DNA from: a virus
Virus record (IMG/VR): IMGVR_UViG_3300031703_000599
Coordinates: 1 to 64,000 of that record
Direction: 5' to 3' (one strand)
DNA length: 64,000 nt
Part shown: piece after piece, positions 45,849 through 54,846 of the stretch
Layout of the letters: each line of letters begins with the position of its first letter
Numbering within the stretch: position 1 is the stretch's first letter
Made by a program: the position numbers and the translations under genes
Notes under the pieces: generated by a model
The model's database searches: none
Told to the model about the DNA's origin: nothing
The model's input: only the letters and a program-made list of their open reading frames with translations

Positions 45849-46541
45849 ATGATATACACACACAGTGACATTGACTCAATTAAGACTGAGATTGAAATAA
45901 CTACATATTGCAATGCACGGTGCAAGAGGTGTCCTCGAACTAATCCAGAAACTGGTGCGGCAATTGACTGGTTAGTACAAGAGCACATGTCGCTTGATAC
46001 ATTTAAAATGATTTTTAATAACCAAAATGCTGCATCTAATAAATTACGACATGTTAAACTATGTGGTCAATACGGCGATCCTATGATGCATCCGCATATT
46101 AATGAGATTATTGAATATACATTAGAAGATAAAAATGTATCAATGCTTATAAACACAAACGGTGGTCTCAGAAATGCAAGTTGGTATAAATCCATTGCTG
46201 AAAAATACGGCAGAAGAATTTATATAATATTTGGCATTGATGGACTGGACCATGAGACTAACTGGAAGTACAGAGAAGGTGTGATGTTCGATAAAGCGTA
46301 TGCTAATATGGTGAGTTATCAGCAAAGCGGAGGTGAAACCTCTTGGCAATTTATAGTGTTTAGCTGGAATGTACATCAAATAGAAGATGTACATAAGCAA
46401 GCAACCGAACTCGGCGTAGAGTTGACATATATTGTTGATCTGGAGTACGGACAAGAATTACGTATACAATCTGATTATAAAATAGAAGAATTAAAGCAGA
46501 GATTTTCAAACTTGGGAGTGGATAATTATCAAGGCATCTAA
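45849..46541 (+). CDS. radical SAM core without SPASM domain
   Basis: CNARCKRC, GQYGDPMMHP, TNGGLR, GIDGL. Confidence 0.88.
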   Translation: MIYTHSDIDSIKTEIEITTYCNARCKRCPRTNPETGAAIDWLVQEHMSLDTFKMIFNNQNAASNKLRHVKLCGQYGDPMMHPHINEIIEYTLEDKNVSMLINTNGGLRNASWYKSIAEKYGRRIYIIFGIDGLDHETNWKYREGVMFDKAYANMVSYQQSGGETSWQFIVFSWNVHQIEDVHKQATELGVELTYIVDLEYGQELRIQSDYKIEELKQRFSNLGVDNYQGI

Positions 46542-46554
46542 TAAAAATGACATT

Positions 46555-46890
46555 GTGTGTTATGTGGCGGCGGAAACTCACAACGACACAGTAATGAGGC
46601 AATTTGAGATATCCGTTACGGGAACCGTTTGGCCATGTTGTTATTACGCTACAGTTGCTAAGTATCCAGAACGTACAGAAAATGGTGTTGATCTCAGCGA
46701 TCATGTGTTAGATAAACTGAAAGAAGAAGATCCCGATTGGAATAATGCAGCAGTACGTGGACTAAGTAAAGTAACAAAGCATGAAGTATTTTGGACACAT
46801 CTATGGGATGAAGGATTTGACAGTGATAATCCACCGACGCTGTGTGCATTTTACTGTACAAAGAAAAATAACACAGAAGGGGGAAAGTAA
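46555..46890 (+). CDS. stand-alone twitch/SPASM domain protein
   Basis: C...ISVTGTVWPCC...CAFYC; frame open from 46495. Confidence 0.8.
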   Translation: MCYVAAETHNDTVMRQFEISVTGTVWPCCYYATVAKYPERTENGVDLSDHVLDKLKEEDPDWNNAAVRGLSKVTKHEVFWTHLWDEGFDSDNPPTLCAFYCTKKNNTEGGK

Positions 46891-47286
46891 TTGAGCGAAT
46901 CTAAAGTCTGTATCACTTGTAAATTTCACGACGGTCGCGGTAGAGAATTTTTTATTGACGAGGAACAACGAGTATGGCCGTGTTGTTATTACTACACTGA
47001 TTACATGACAGGTGCAATAGAAGACCGTGACCCCAAATTTCATCAGAAACTAGTTGATGATCCTAAGTGGAATAGCCTAAGCGATCACCCAATTAAAGAT
47101 ATATTAGCAACTGATACGTACAGTCACGATATATGGGTACCTGGGTGGGAAACTAATCCAACAAAGGCGTGTGTGCTAGAATGTGGGTTAAAGCCTAAAA
47201 AGATAGCAATGGATTATGATTTCCGTGCAGACGGCGTACATTTAGATGAAAAAGAATATGGCCATAAGCCTAAGAATTCCACTTAG
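46891..47286 (+). CDS. stand-alone twitch/SPASM domain protein
   Basis: C...IDEEQRVWPCC...CVLEC; TTG start with RBS GGGG. Confidence 0.8.
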   Translation: MSESKVCITCKFHDGRGREFFIDEEQRVWPCCYYYTDYMTGAIEDRDPKFHQKLVDDPKWNSLSDHPIKDILATDTYSHDIWVPGWETNPTKACVLECGLKPKKIAMDYDFRADGVHLDEKEYGHKPKNST

Positions 47287-47590
47287 CAATTAGTTTTAAC
47301 ATGTCTTCTTTTGTTGCAGGGCGGGCAGGTAATGGCGTAATTGTGTTATTATATTTGTGCTTATTCTTTCTAAGCTTAACGATATATGCGCCTGTGTTAG
47401 GATCTTGTCTATCACAATGCTCGGTCTTCTTGTGTGCGTTAACCCAGTGTCCTATTTCCTTTGACATCTTGCCATGTCCTACAATTACTGTTATTTGTTT
47501 AGTGCCTTCTAAAAACTGTGCATCAACATAACTGTTAAATTGTTTCCATGCGTCATGCACTTTGTATCCATGTAAGTCTAGTGTACTCAT
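47270..47590 (-). CDS. stand-alone Smr/MutS2 domain protein
   Basis: LDLHG, VIVGHG, NTGA..V. Confidence 0.8.
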   Translation of the reverse strand: MSTLDLHGYKVHDAWKQFNSYVDAQFLEGTKQITVIVGHGKMSKEIGHWVNAHKKTEHCDRQDPNTGAYIVKLRKNKHKYNNTITPLPARPATKEDMLKLIAKWNS

Positions 47591-47591
47591 A

Positions 47592-47789
47592 TTATATGTT
47601 TGTTTTAATTGTAAATTCTAATCCGCTGTATGATGATACATACACGCCTTGTTTAGTTTTGTTGAACCAAAGCACAACTCCACCTTCTATCATTACTCTT
47701 ACTGCATCTTTGCCAATGGTGACAATTGCAGCTGGAACTACTTTCTCGTTGTTAGTGCAGTGTACGTCTACTATGTCATCTAATTCCAT
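47592..47789 (-). CDS. hypothetical phage protein
   Basis: 65-aa ORF. Confidence 0.65.
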   Translation of the reverse strand: MELDDIVDVHCTNNEKVVPAAIVTIGKDAVRVMIEGGVVLWFNKTKQGVYVSSYSGLEFTIKTNI

Positions 47790-47798
47790 GTTTATGTC

Positions 47799-48134
47799 CT
47801 ATTCTTTACTCTGTAGCCAACCTGCTGATCCGCCAAGTTTGGCCATAAATGCATCACGTTCGTCAAACAACACCATTATGGTTTTATCTAAGTAATAAGG
47901 TTGTATCATCTTGTCTTGTAATTCCATGAGAGCGCCTGCTGTTGCGCCCGGTGACTCAACTGTCCATGATTTGCATGTGTTGGTTAATAGCTTACAACCC
48001 GTGCTTGTTAGTCTTAGCGAACTAGGCGACACAAACAACACACGTGGATTGTTTATTCCATTATGTCCAGTATTTAATATACTGTCTAATACACTATTTT
48101 GTATTTGAGCCATCTCTAGTAATTGTTTCGCCAT
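47799..48134 (-). CDS. conserved jumbo-phage hypothetical protein
   Basis: SLRLTSTG...PYY...LF.ERDA...KLGG. Confidence 0.7.
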   Translation of the reverse strand: MAKQLLEMAQIQNSVLDSILNTGHNGINNPRVLFVSPSSLRLTSTGCKLLTNTCKSWTVESPGATAGALMELQDKMIQPYYLDKTIMVLFDERDAFMAKLGGSAGWLQSKE

Positions 48135-48396
48135 GTAATAACTTAACCACTGTAAATTCTGTTGTGTTAAACTTCTTGTTTAATCTATCTGATAGATTAA
48201 AAGCATGGCCGCTGTTGCTAAAGCTAACTTTTTTGTACTTTGGGCCTGGGTAATTTACTAACATATTCATTGTGCGTAAGTTTATAGGCTTGTTTTCAAA
48301 GTACACAGCATAGATAGCGCCTGCTTCTAGTATCTGTTCTGTGTTATAATTACTGTCAACAATTTCTGTTAATATATTTGGTTTTGGTCTTGCCAT
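48094..48396 (-). CDS. conserved jumbo-phage hypothetical protein
   Basis: MARPKP...PGPKYKKVSFSN; RBS GGAG; ATAAATA at 48440-48446. Confidence 0.75.
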   Translation of the reverse strand: MARPKPNILTEIVDSNYNTEQILEAGAIYAVYFENKPINLRTMNMLVNYPGPKYKKVSFSNSGHAFNLSDRLNKKFNTTEFTVVKLLHGETITRDGSNTK

Positions 48397-48486
48397 TAGT
48401 TGTAGCTCCAGTAGAAATGAATATGCATTCCCTTATACATATTTATGCAAGATGGCGTATTATATGGTGTTTTATCGATTTAAATC

Positions 48487-48939
48487 CTATTCATTATCTT
48501 GTTTTGCTTTTTTTAATTGTAGATTCATATCCCATTCTGTAAAATATGGACCTGCGTATCTATACTTGTCAATTGTTTCTTGCTTGGGACAAAATGCATG
48601 TTGCCAGCCCATGCCGTGGTACTTTAATATATAGTAGCCAGCTGCATACACAGTTTTACCTTTTGCTGCTTTACGAAACAATGGCAATACTTCGTGTTCT
48701 ACTTGCACCACCACAGGGCTGTTAGTTGGGAATCCATTAAGTGATTTACACTCGCTTGGTTGTGCTACATTGCGCTTAACTTCTTTAAATCCATTTAACG
48801 TCTTAAGTGTTGTGGTTGTCTGTGTACGCTGATCAAAGAATTCATATACATCGCCATGTTTACGGATAGTGCCAACTTTGCTTGCATTTGCTTCAACTAT
48901 CCAAAACTTGTCTTTGACTAACTCTTTTGTATTATACAT
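48487..48939 (-). CDS. conserved jumbo-phage hypothetical protein
   Basis: YAAGYY...FCPK...GPY. Confidence 0.75.
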   Translation of the reverse strand: MYNTKELVKDKFWIVEANASKVGTIRKHGDVYEFFDQRTQTTTTLKTLNGFKEVKRNVAQPSECKSLNGFPTNSPVVVQVEHEVLPLFRKAAKGKTVYAAGYYILKYHGMGWQHAFCPKQETIDKYRYAGPYFTEWDMNLQLKKAKQDNE

Positions 48940-48940
48940 A

Positions 48941-49076
48941 TCACATTCTCAACCAGTTAGGTCCTAGACGTGCAACTATTTCTTTGCCAAGCTTCTTGTG
49001 GCCTGTTGCATTTAAGTGGAAGCATTTGCATTTGACTTGTTCCTATACAAATGAGGTACTTGTCGTTGTCTATCAC
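48941..49076 (-). pseudogene. internally deleted SGNH-hydrolase-like gene remnant
   Basis: N-terminal MIDNDKYLICIGTS joined out of frame to C-terminal CKCFHLNATGHKKLGKEIV...stop. Confidence 0.5.
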
Positions 49077-49079
49077 TGT

Positions 49080-49478
49080 TTACACATTATCACTGATGCG
49101 CTTAAAGTTAGTTACATTTGCAACACGGAAGCTTCTCCATCCTAATGCAGTCGTGTCCCATACACTTACTACTTCTACATTAAGCTCGCGTACTTTCTTT
49201 GTCGATAACGCATCTTCTTTGATAACAACAGGAAGTAAGTTTTTGCTAAGAGTACAAGTCATAATACGCTTGTCTCCGTTTACTTTAGTAAAGCTAACTT
49301 CATATATACCAGTTGCCAGCTTAGTGCGATAGTCTTCGTGCTGTTCTTTTAATGCGTTGTGTAACGATTCTGCCTTAGTGCGATAGTCTTCGTGCTGTTC
49401 TTTTAATGCGTTGTGTAACGATTCTGCATCTTTGTTTGTACTTAATTTATCATCATTGTATACATTTAAATCAGTCAT
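49080..49478 (-). CDS. WYL-like SH3 beta-barrel protein
   Basis: VSFTKVNGDKRIMTCTL...VWD...GWRSFRV. Confidence 0.8.
   Translation of the reverse strand: MTDLNVYNDDKLSTNKDAESLHNALKEQHEDYRTKAESLHNALKEQHEDYRTKLATGIYEVSFTKVNGDKRIMTCTLSKNLLPVVIKEDALSTKKVRELNVEVVSVWDTTALGWRSFRVANVTNFKRISDNV
49320..49427. repeat. perfect 54-bp tandem duplication (in frame, 18 aa)
   Basis: 49320-49373 identical to 49374-49427; AESLHNALKEQHEDYRTK x2. Confidence 0.95.
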
Positions 49479-49494
49479 TGTATCTTCCTGTGTG

Positions 49495-50484
49495 TTATGA
49501 GCCGTAGGCTCTGTTTAAGTAATCTGCATGATCCTGCGCACGTTCGCTAATTTTAGGCATATCCCACTTACCGCAGAATTTCATAAAATGTACGCCAACT
49601 TGTGACTTAGGTTCTTTTTGCACCTCTGCAACAATAGCAGTATCTAGTGCGACTTTAATATCTGCAGGTTGTGCAGTTAAATCAATAAGCTCTAAATTGC
49701 GATGATAATCTTCTAGTACACGATGCTCGTCGCCATTGTGATCAGTCCAGCGTTGTAGCATAAAGTTATTCCAATTATATCCTTTTGTATTCTTATCAGC
49801 AAATGCTTCAAGCATACCAACCTTGTTTTTAGTGCCCTTCTTGCGAGCGCCTGGGCATGCACTAAAGATATTATCGCTTGTGTCGCCGCGGATGCATTTT
49901 TCAAATAACAACCATTCTGGGTCACCAAGCATCTTATCTTCTTTAGTTTTCTTATCCTTTACTGGCTTACCGTAGTCATCAAATATTCCATTGATAGTAA
50001 ACAACTGGCCGCTGATGCCATTATACTGTTGTACGTTTGGTGCCATTAGTTGATAAAAGTCGCTGTCGCTGCTTACAATACAATGCTTATCGTTTGGATG
50101 ATTTTGAATCCAACGTGCAATGAAATCATCTGCTTCGCATTGCTTATCTTGTAATACTGTACAGTTTGTACGTCGTTCAAAGAAGTCCTTTAGTTCATCA
50201 AATGCTTCCCAAAACATTTTATCTTCTTCTTGTTCTTGTACAGTTGATGCAGCTCTTGCAGCTGCTCTGTTAGCTTTGTAAGGAGTGTAGGTATCTTTGC
50301 GCCAGCTTCGGCCTTCTAAGCATAATACTATGTGAGATCCTTGCTGATTGCGCCAGACCTTATTGATGCTATTAAACATAATATGGAATGCCATGCCTAC
50401 TTTTGTGTGTGCGTCCGCACCTTTTTGAATTACATGTCTTGCACGGAAGAACATGTTTGCTGCGTCAACTAAAATATAAGTCAT
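49495..50484 (-). CDS. 5'-3' exonuclease / T4 RNase H-like flap nuclease
   Basis: LVD..N, YKANR, EADD, SSDSDFYQL, GDTSDNI; promoter TTGACT-N17-TATACT at 50516-50544. Confidence 0.9.
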   Translation of the reverse strand: MTYILVDAANMFFRARHVIQKGADAHTKVGMAFHIMFNSINKVWRNQQGSHIVLCLEGRSWRKDTYTPYKANRAAARAASTVQEQEEDKMFWEAFDELKDFFERRTNCTVLQDKQCEADDFIARWIQNHPNDKHCIVSSDSDFYQLMAPNVQQYNGISGQLFTINGIFDDYGKPVKDKKTKEDKMLGDPEWLLFEKCIRGDTSDNIFSACPGARKKGTKNKVGMLEAFADKNTKGYNWNNFMLQRWTDHNGDEHRVLEDYHRNLELIDLTAQPADIKVALDTAIVAEVQKEPKSQVGVHFMKFCGKWDMPKISERAQDHADYLNRAYGS

Positions 50485-50551
50485 ACATTTACTCTTTTGC
50501 TATTAATATAAAACTAGTATAACATAAAATGCTATACTAGTCAAGTTATAA

Positions 50552-50821
50552 TTACTCTACTAGATCTTGTGAAATCTGGCCGCATAGTGTAGTAAACCAC
50601 AAGTCAACAATTTCTTCTTCATTGTCGCCCGTGTATCCTGCTTCTAGTAATTGACGTACAAACAATTGGTTCCACTCGAGTTCAAAGTATCCATCGCTTG
50701 GATTCTCTTGGTCGAAGTTAAAATTTAATACATTAACAAATGGTTCGCCACGTGCTGTAGCTTTGTCCTTTTCACTTACCTTTTCTTTTCGTGTAAATAA
50801 CTTCTTTATTCTACTAAACAT
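50552..50821 (-). CDS. conserved jumbo-phage hypothetical protein
   Basis: GEPFV...GYFELEWN..FV..L..AGY; start at MFSRIKK. Confidence 0.7.
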   Translation of the reverse strand: MFSRIKKLFTRKEKVSEKDKATARGEPFVNVLNFNFDQENPSDGYFELEWNQLFVRQLLEAGYTGDNEEEIVDLWFTTLCGQISQDLVE

Positions 50822-51909
50822 TAAATTCCCCATCCAATCTTTTCCCATGGAACATCTTTGTTGCCAAAGTGTCCATACGTACAATGTGTACTGTATTCAT
50901 GGAAGTTAAATAAGTCAAATCTATCAATTATGCCTTTAGGTGTTAGGTCAATGTTTTTACGGATAAACGCCTCTATGCTTTTACTGTATCCATTTGATTC
51001 AACATAGATACTAGTAGGCTCTTTAATGCCGATTGCATAGCTTAACTGTATGTTACACCAATCTGCCATGTTGTCTGCTACTATGTTCTTTGCTAACCAA
51101 CGTGCCATATACGCTGCACTACGATCTACTTTCGTAGGGTCTTTTCCAGAAAAAGCGCCACCGCCGTGAGGGGCATAACCACCGTAAGTATCAACGATGA
51201 TCTTGCGGCCAGTAAGTCCAGAGTCGCCATCAGGCCCACCAATAACAAAGTTACCAGTAGGATTAAGATGCCATATTGTTTTATCATCTACTAAATCTCC
51301 TAATACTTCCATTGCTGCTTCGCGACATAATTGCTGTGCAGCTTCCATGTTGCCTTCTGTGTGTTGTGTACTAACAACAACTTGATCTATACGCTTAACC
51401 ACTCCACCTGCGTACTCTACACTAATTTGCGACTTAGCGTCTGGTCCAAGTACTGTACCACGCTTTGTTTTTAAGTGCTTTAATACTTCGTGTGCATAGT
51501 AAATAGGTGCTGGTAAATAAGCATCATTGTCGTTACATGCGTAACCAAACATAATACCTTGATCGCCTGCTCCAAAATCATCTGTGCCTAATGCAATATC
51601 AGCGCTCTGTGAATGAATCTCATTGTAGATTTTTAATTTATCCCAATGGAATCCATCTTGCTCGTATCCAATTTCTTTAACTTTAGCGCGGATAATTGCT
51701 TCAACTTCATCTCTTGACACGTTGAAGTTTTTTACTTCGCCTGCTACCGTTACGTGGTTAGTAGTTACAAGAGTTTCAACAGCAACACGAGTAGTTTCAT
51801 CGCCTGCTTTAAATCCAGCATCCACTAGTGCGTCACTAATTTGATCAGCAATTTTATCTGGATGTCCGTCTGAAACACTCTCGCTTGTAAAAATGTAATT
51901 CTGGTTCAT
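50821..51909 (-). CDS. metK: S-adenosylmethionine synthetase
   Basis: FTSESVSDGHPDK, GAGDQG, GLTGRKIIVDTYGG, GGGAFSGKDPTKVDRS. Confidence 0.97.
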   Translation of the reverse strand: MNQNYIFTSESVSDGHPDKIADQISDALVDAGFKAGDETTRVAVETLVTTNHVTVAGEVKNFNVSRDEVEAIIRAKVKEIGYEQDGFHWDKLKIYNEIHSQSADIALGTDDFGAGDQGIMFGYACNDNDAYLPAPIYYAHEVLKHLKTKRGTVLGPDAKSQISVEYAGGVVKRIDQVVVSTQHTEGNMEAAQQLCREAAMEVLGDLVDDKTIWHLNPTGNFVIGGPDGDSGLTGRKIIVDTYGGYAPHGGGAFSGKDPTKVDRSAAYMARWLAKNIVADNMADWCNIQLSYAIGIKEPTSIYVESNGYSKSIEAFIRKNIDLTPKGIIDRFDLFNFHEYSTHCTYGHFGNKDVPWEKIGWGI

Positions 51910-51933
51910 ATTATGTTTCCTTTAATTTATTAT

Positions 51934-53040
51934 CTATTTAGAAAAGACGTATACGCCTTCCCATTTTTCTCTTCCTGCAAGCTTGTCGTTGCCTGCGCCT
52001 GGTCTTGTGTTAAGCATCATTTTAATTGTATCTACATGCTTGAACCCAAGTTGTTCTGCTGTTGCTATCCATTTGTCAACTACTTTAAACTCTTCCTTTG
52101 TAGTTTTGTAGTCTGCAATATTAGTAGCAAATATTCCATCTTTGTTAAGACCATTGTAAATCTTTTTCATGGTTGGAACAGTGTATCCTTCGTACCATTC
52201 ATCTAATGTATTAAATTGTACCATACACTGTGTAGGTTCATCACTGTACTTTTCTAAGTTAAAGTAAGGTGGGCTACTAAATGCACAATCTATGTCTTCT
52301 GGTTGAAAGTCTTGACTTGTTTCACAGTACAATTCTGCCTTTTTGCCTAGCAGTTCGTTCATGTATTCTAAATACTTAAAAGTTTCGGTGTTTGGATCTG
52401 TGCCTATGTATTTATACCCCATGTTGCTGCTACTTATACCTAATAGCCTGCCGCCATATCCACAACTGTAATCGTACACGCGGCCCCACATTACTGGACA
52501 CAATCGTTCTACTATAGCACGTGCATTTTGTGCTTTAAAGTTAGTAACATTTTCTCCTGTTACTAGTTCTAAACTCCTACGCATTGCTGTTGGGTAGACT
52601 AATCCATTGCCTTTGCGGAATTCAAAACAAATACGTATTGCTCGTTTCAGTTTAGCATCATCATAAAACCTATCCTTTAAACTGTTTGATCCTCTACCCT
52701 TTGGTTCTGCTGTTTGCATATTGGTAAAGATAAAACGATTTATTGTTTGTCCTGCATTGTTGCCCAGGCCTACTTTGTTGTTGTCGACATTGTTATAATT
52801 GGTTTTACGAAACTTGCGAATAGCATCATGCAGTCCTTGTTCAGTATAGTATATAATAGGTACGATGCCGCGGGTCCTGTACAGATTAAACACTGCATCA
52901 ATTGTGCCTGCTGGATCCTTGTCGTATGTGTCATTTGTATGCTTGTCAAACTCTGCATACAAATCTTCATATCCAGTAAATTCATCTGCAAAGATATATT
53001 CAGGTTGTATATTCCAGAACTTATGTATTGTATCTATCAT
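51934..53040 (-). CDS. DNA methyltransferase (N4-C/N6-A class)
   Basis: DYSCGYGGRLLG (motif I) and SSPPY (motif IV). Confidence 0.85.
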   Translation of the reverse strand: MIDTIHKFWNIQPEYIFADEFTGYEDLYAEFDKHTNDTYDKDPAGTIDAVFNLYRTRGIVPIIYYTEQGLHDAIRKFRKTNYNNVDNNKVGLGNNAGQTINRFIFTNMQTAEPKGRGSNSLKDRFYDDAKLKRAIRICFEFRKGNGLVYPTAMRRSLELVTGENVTNFKAQNARAIVERLCPVMWGRVYDYSCGYGGRLLGISSSNMGYKYIGTDPNTETFKYLEYMNELLGKKAELYCETSQDFQPEDIDCAFSSPPYFNLEKYSDEPTQCMVQFNTLDEWYEGYTVPTMKKIYNGLNKDGIFATNIADYKTTKEEFKVVDKWIATAEQLGFKHVDTIKMMLNTRPGAGNDKLAGREKWEGVYVFSK

Positions 53041-53138
53041 GTATTTCTAGCTACAGTCCTTTTCTTCTCAATTGATCATCTAAATCTAAAATAGGAGAAT
53101 TCATTGCTCGTTTATGTGCTGGATTCTCATACTCATCT

Positions 53139-54035
53139 TTATGTACCCCAGGCATTTCCGAATAAGCTGATGTGTAGTCTAGGGGTGAATCTCCATCCTT
53201 TTTCCATGCAGATGTTAGCGACTTCTTGAACATTGAGATTATACTCTTCCGAACGTCCTCCCATTGGCATAAGATATACTGGACACTCGATTCCGGCATC
53301 ACGATACGCTTGAACAGCCCTGCCAGCTTCATCAATATCTGCACGATCAGCAACAACAAATTTAAAATACAAGTTACTACCGTTAACGTCGGAATACCCA
53401 CGAGCAACACTAGGCTTAATAGCATCCTCCCAAGATTCTCCGCTAGAGGAGAGCTTAGGCGAACAACTCCATGTGACTGTAATGCTGTTATTGTTACTGA
53501 GATAATTAACGAAGTCACTATGAAGAGACTGAGTAGTGTTTGTTTCAAATGTGACATTTTTTAAATCCTGCATCCGTGGGTGATCAAACAGCTCTACGTA
53601 TAGTCGTTGCCAAGCAAGCAAAGGTTCGCCACCGGTTAAAATTAAATGGACATCTTGTCCATTTTCCATTGTCCACTTACCTTCTGGTGTAAGCGATAAT
53701 AAGTGTTCTACTACTTCATCGACTTCTGCTTGTCTATTAAATTCTTTAAACTCAGGATATATGCTTGCGTAGGTATCACATCCAGTATGAATAATAGGCA
53801 AGTCTTCAAACACCTTTGTAGTCTCATGTACTTTTGCATCAATTAATGCTAATACTTCTTCGTTGTAGCGTTGACCATTTGCATGCTTCTCTGCACGGCT
53901 AGGTTCGTTCTTGCCTAGTCCAAAGTTCATGCATCGAAAATTACAACCGAATGTACGCAAGAATACACTAGGTACTCCTACATATTTGCCTTCGCCTTGT
54001 ACGCTATAAAATGCTTCGCTATATCGTAGTTTCAT
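53139..54035 (-). CDS. queE: 7-carboxy-7-deazaguanine synthase-like radical SAM
   Basis: SVQGEG..VGVPSVFLR, CNFRC...CDT, TGGEP, SPKL, RFTPRLH; promoter at 54071-54099. Confidence 0.85.
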   Translation of the reverse strand: MKLRYSEAFYSVQGEGKYVGVPSVFLRTFGCNFRCMNFGLGKNEPSRAEKHANGQRYNEEVLALIDAKVHETTKVFEDLPIIHTGCDTYASIYPEFKEFNRQAEVDEVVEHLLSLTPEGKWTMENGQDVHLILTGGEPLLAWQRLYVELFDHPRMQDLKNVTFETNTTQSLHSDFVNYLSNNNSITVTWSCSPKLSSSGESWEDAIKPSVARGYSDVNGSNLYFKFVVADRADIDEAGRAVQAYRDAGIECPVYLMPMGGRSEEYNLNVQEVANICMEKGWRFTPRLHISLFGNAWGT

Positions 54036-54112
54036 TTACTATACCCTTTTAATACATTACATATTAGTTAATTATACTTTAAAACTTTGTGTTTGTCAAC
54101 TAAAAAAACAAC

Positions 54113-54484
54113 TTATGTGATTAAATTGCTCCATTTCTTTAGCTTATTCTTTTTTACATATACACGTTCGTGTAATTCTTCGCTTGTTACTAGCCCATGT
54201 TCTGTCATTAGATCAATCATGCATAGCACATCGCCTGCTTCTTCTACTAATTTTGTATGCCAGTTGCTATCAATTTGATCAGCTGAATCATACTTTCGCA
54301 TCACCTTCATTGCTACTTGTGTAAGCTCACCGCATTCTTCTGCTGTAATGACCATAAGTTGTTGTAGCGCATTAATAGGACTTTCTAATTTATTATTTTC
54401 GTTTAATGTTTTTGCTAATTCGGCGGCCGATTTAATGCATGCAGAAAAAGCGTCATCTTTTAGTTTAGTCATTTGATAATCCAA
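54113..54484 (-). CDS. MazG-like NTP pyrophosphohydrolase
   Basis: EECGEL...EEAGDVL. Confidence 0.8.
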   Translation of the reverse strand: MDYQMTKLKDDAFSACIKSAAELAKTLNENNKLESPINALQQLMVITAEECGELTQVAMKVMRKYDSADQIDSNWHTKLVEEAGDVLCMIDLMTEHGLVTSEELHERVYVKKNKLKKWSNLIT

Positions 54485-54570
54485 TCCATTGTTAGCCAGT
54501 CAGTATCTTCTGGCATCATTTCAACTTTGTCGCCGTGAAGTTCTTGTACGTCCACTACCATGTCATTCTC

Positions 54571-54822
54571 CTAGTGTAATATTCTATTTGCTGTTAGTGT
54601 AGCAGATGCTTTGTCACCATATAGTGTGGCTAACATCATTAAAATAGCGTCTGGTAATTGGTCCCAATCTTCAATATCATATGGTGCATAGATACCTTGA
54701 AACGTTCCTTCTGTGTCGACTACTATTGCAAACTCATTATCTTCTAGTGTTTCTTTGTCCCAAGATTCATTGTCTGTCATTGTATTTCCTTGTCTGTCAT
54801 TCATATCTATATTATAGTACAT
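54571..54822 (-). CDS. hypothetical acidic protein (true start probably MTDNES)
   Basis: promoter TTGACA-N17-TATAAT at 54811-54839; RBS AAGGA. Confidence 0.6.
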   Translation of the reverse strand: MYYNIDMNDRQGNTMTDNESWDKETLEDNEFAIVVDTEGTFQGIYAPYDIEDWDQLPDAILMMLATLYGDKASATLTANRILH

Positions 54823-54846
54823 ATACTGATAAATGTCAAGCTATTA

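Noticed and set aside
53051-53557. 168-aa ORF overlapping queE
   Set aside because: Alternative-frame shadow of queE; at most the last ~34 codons (53051-53155) may be a real small gene.
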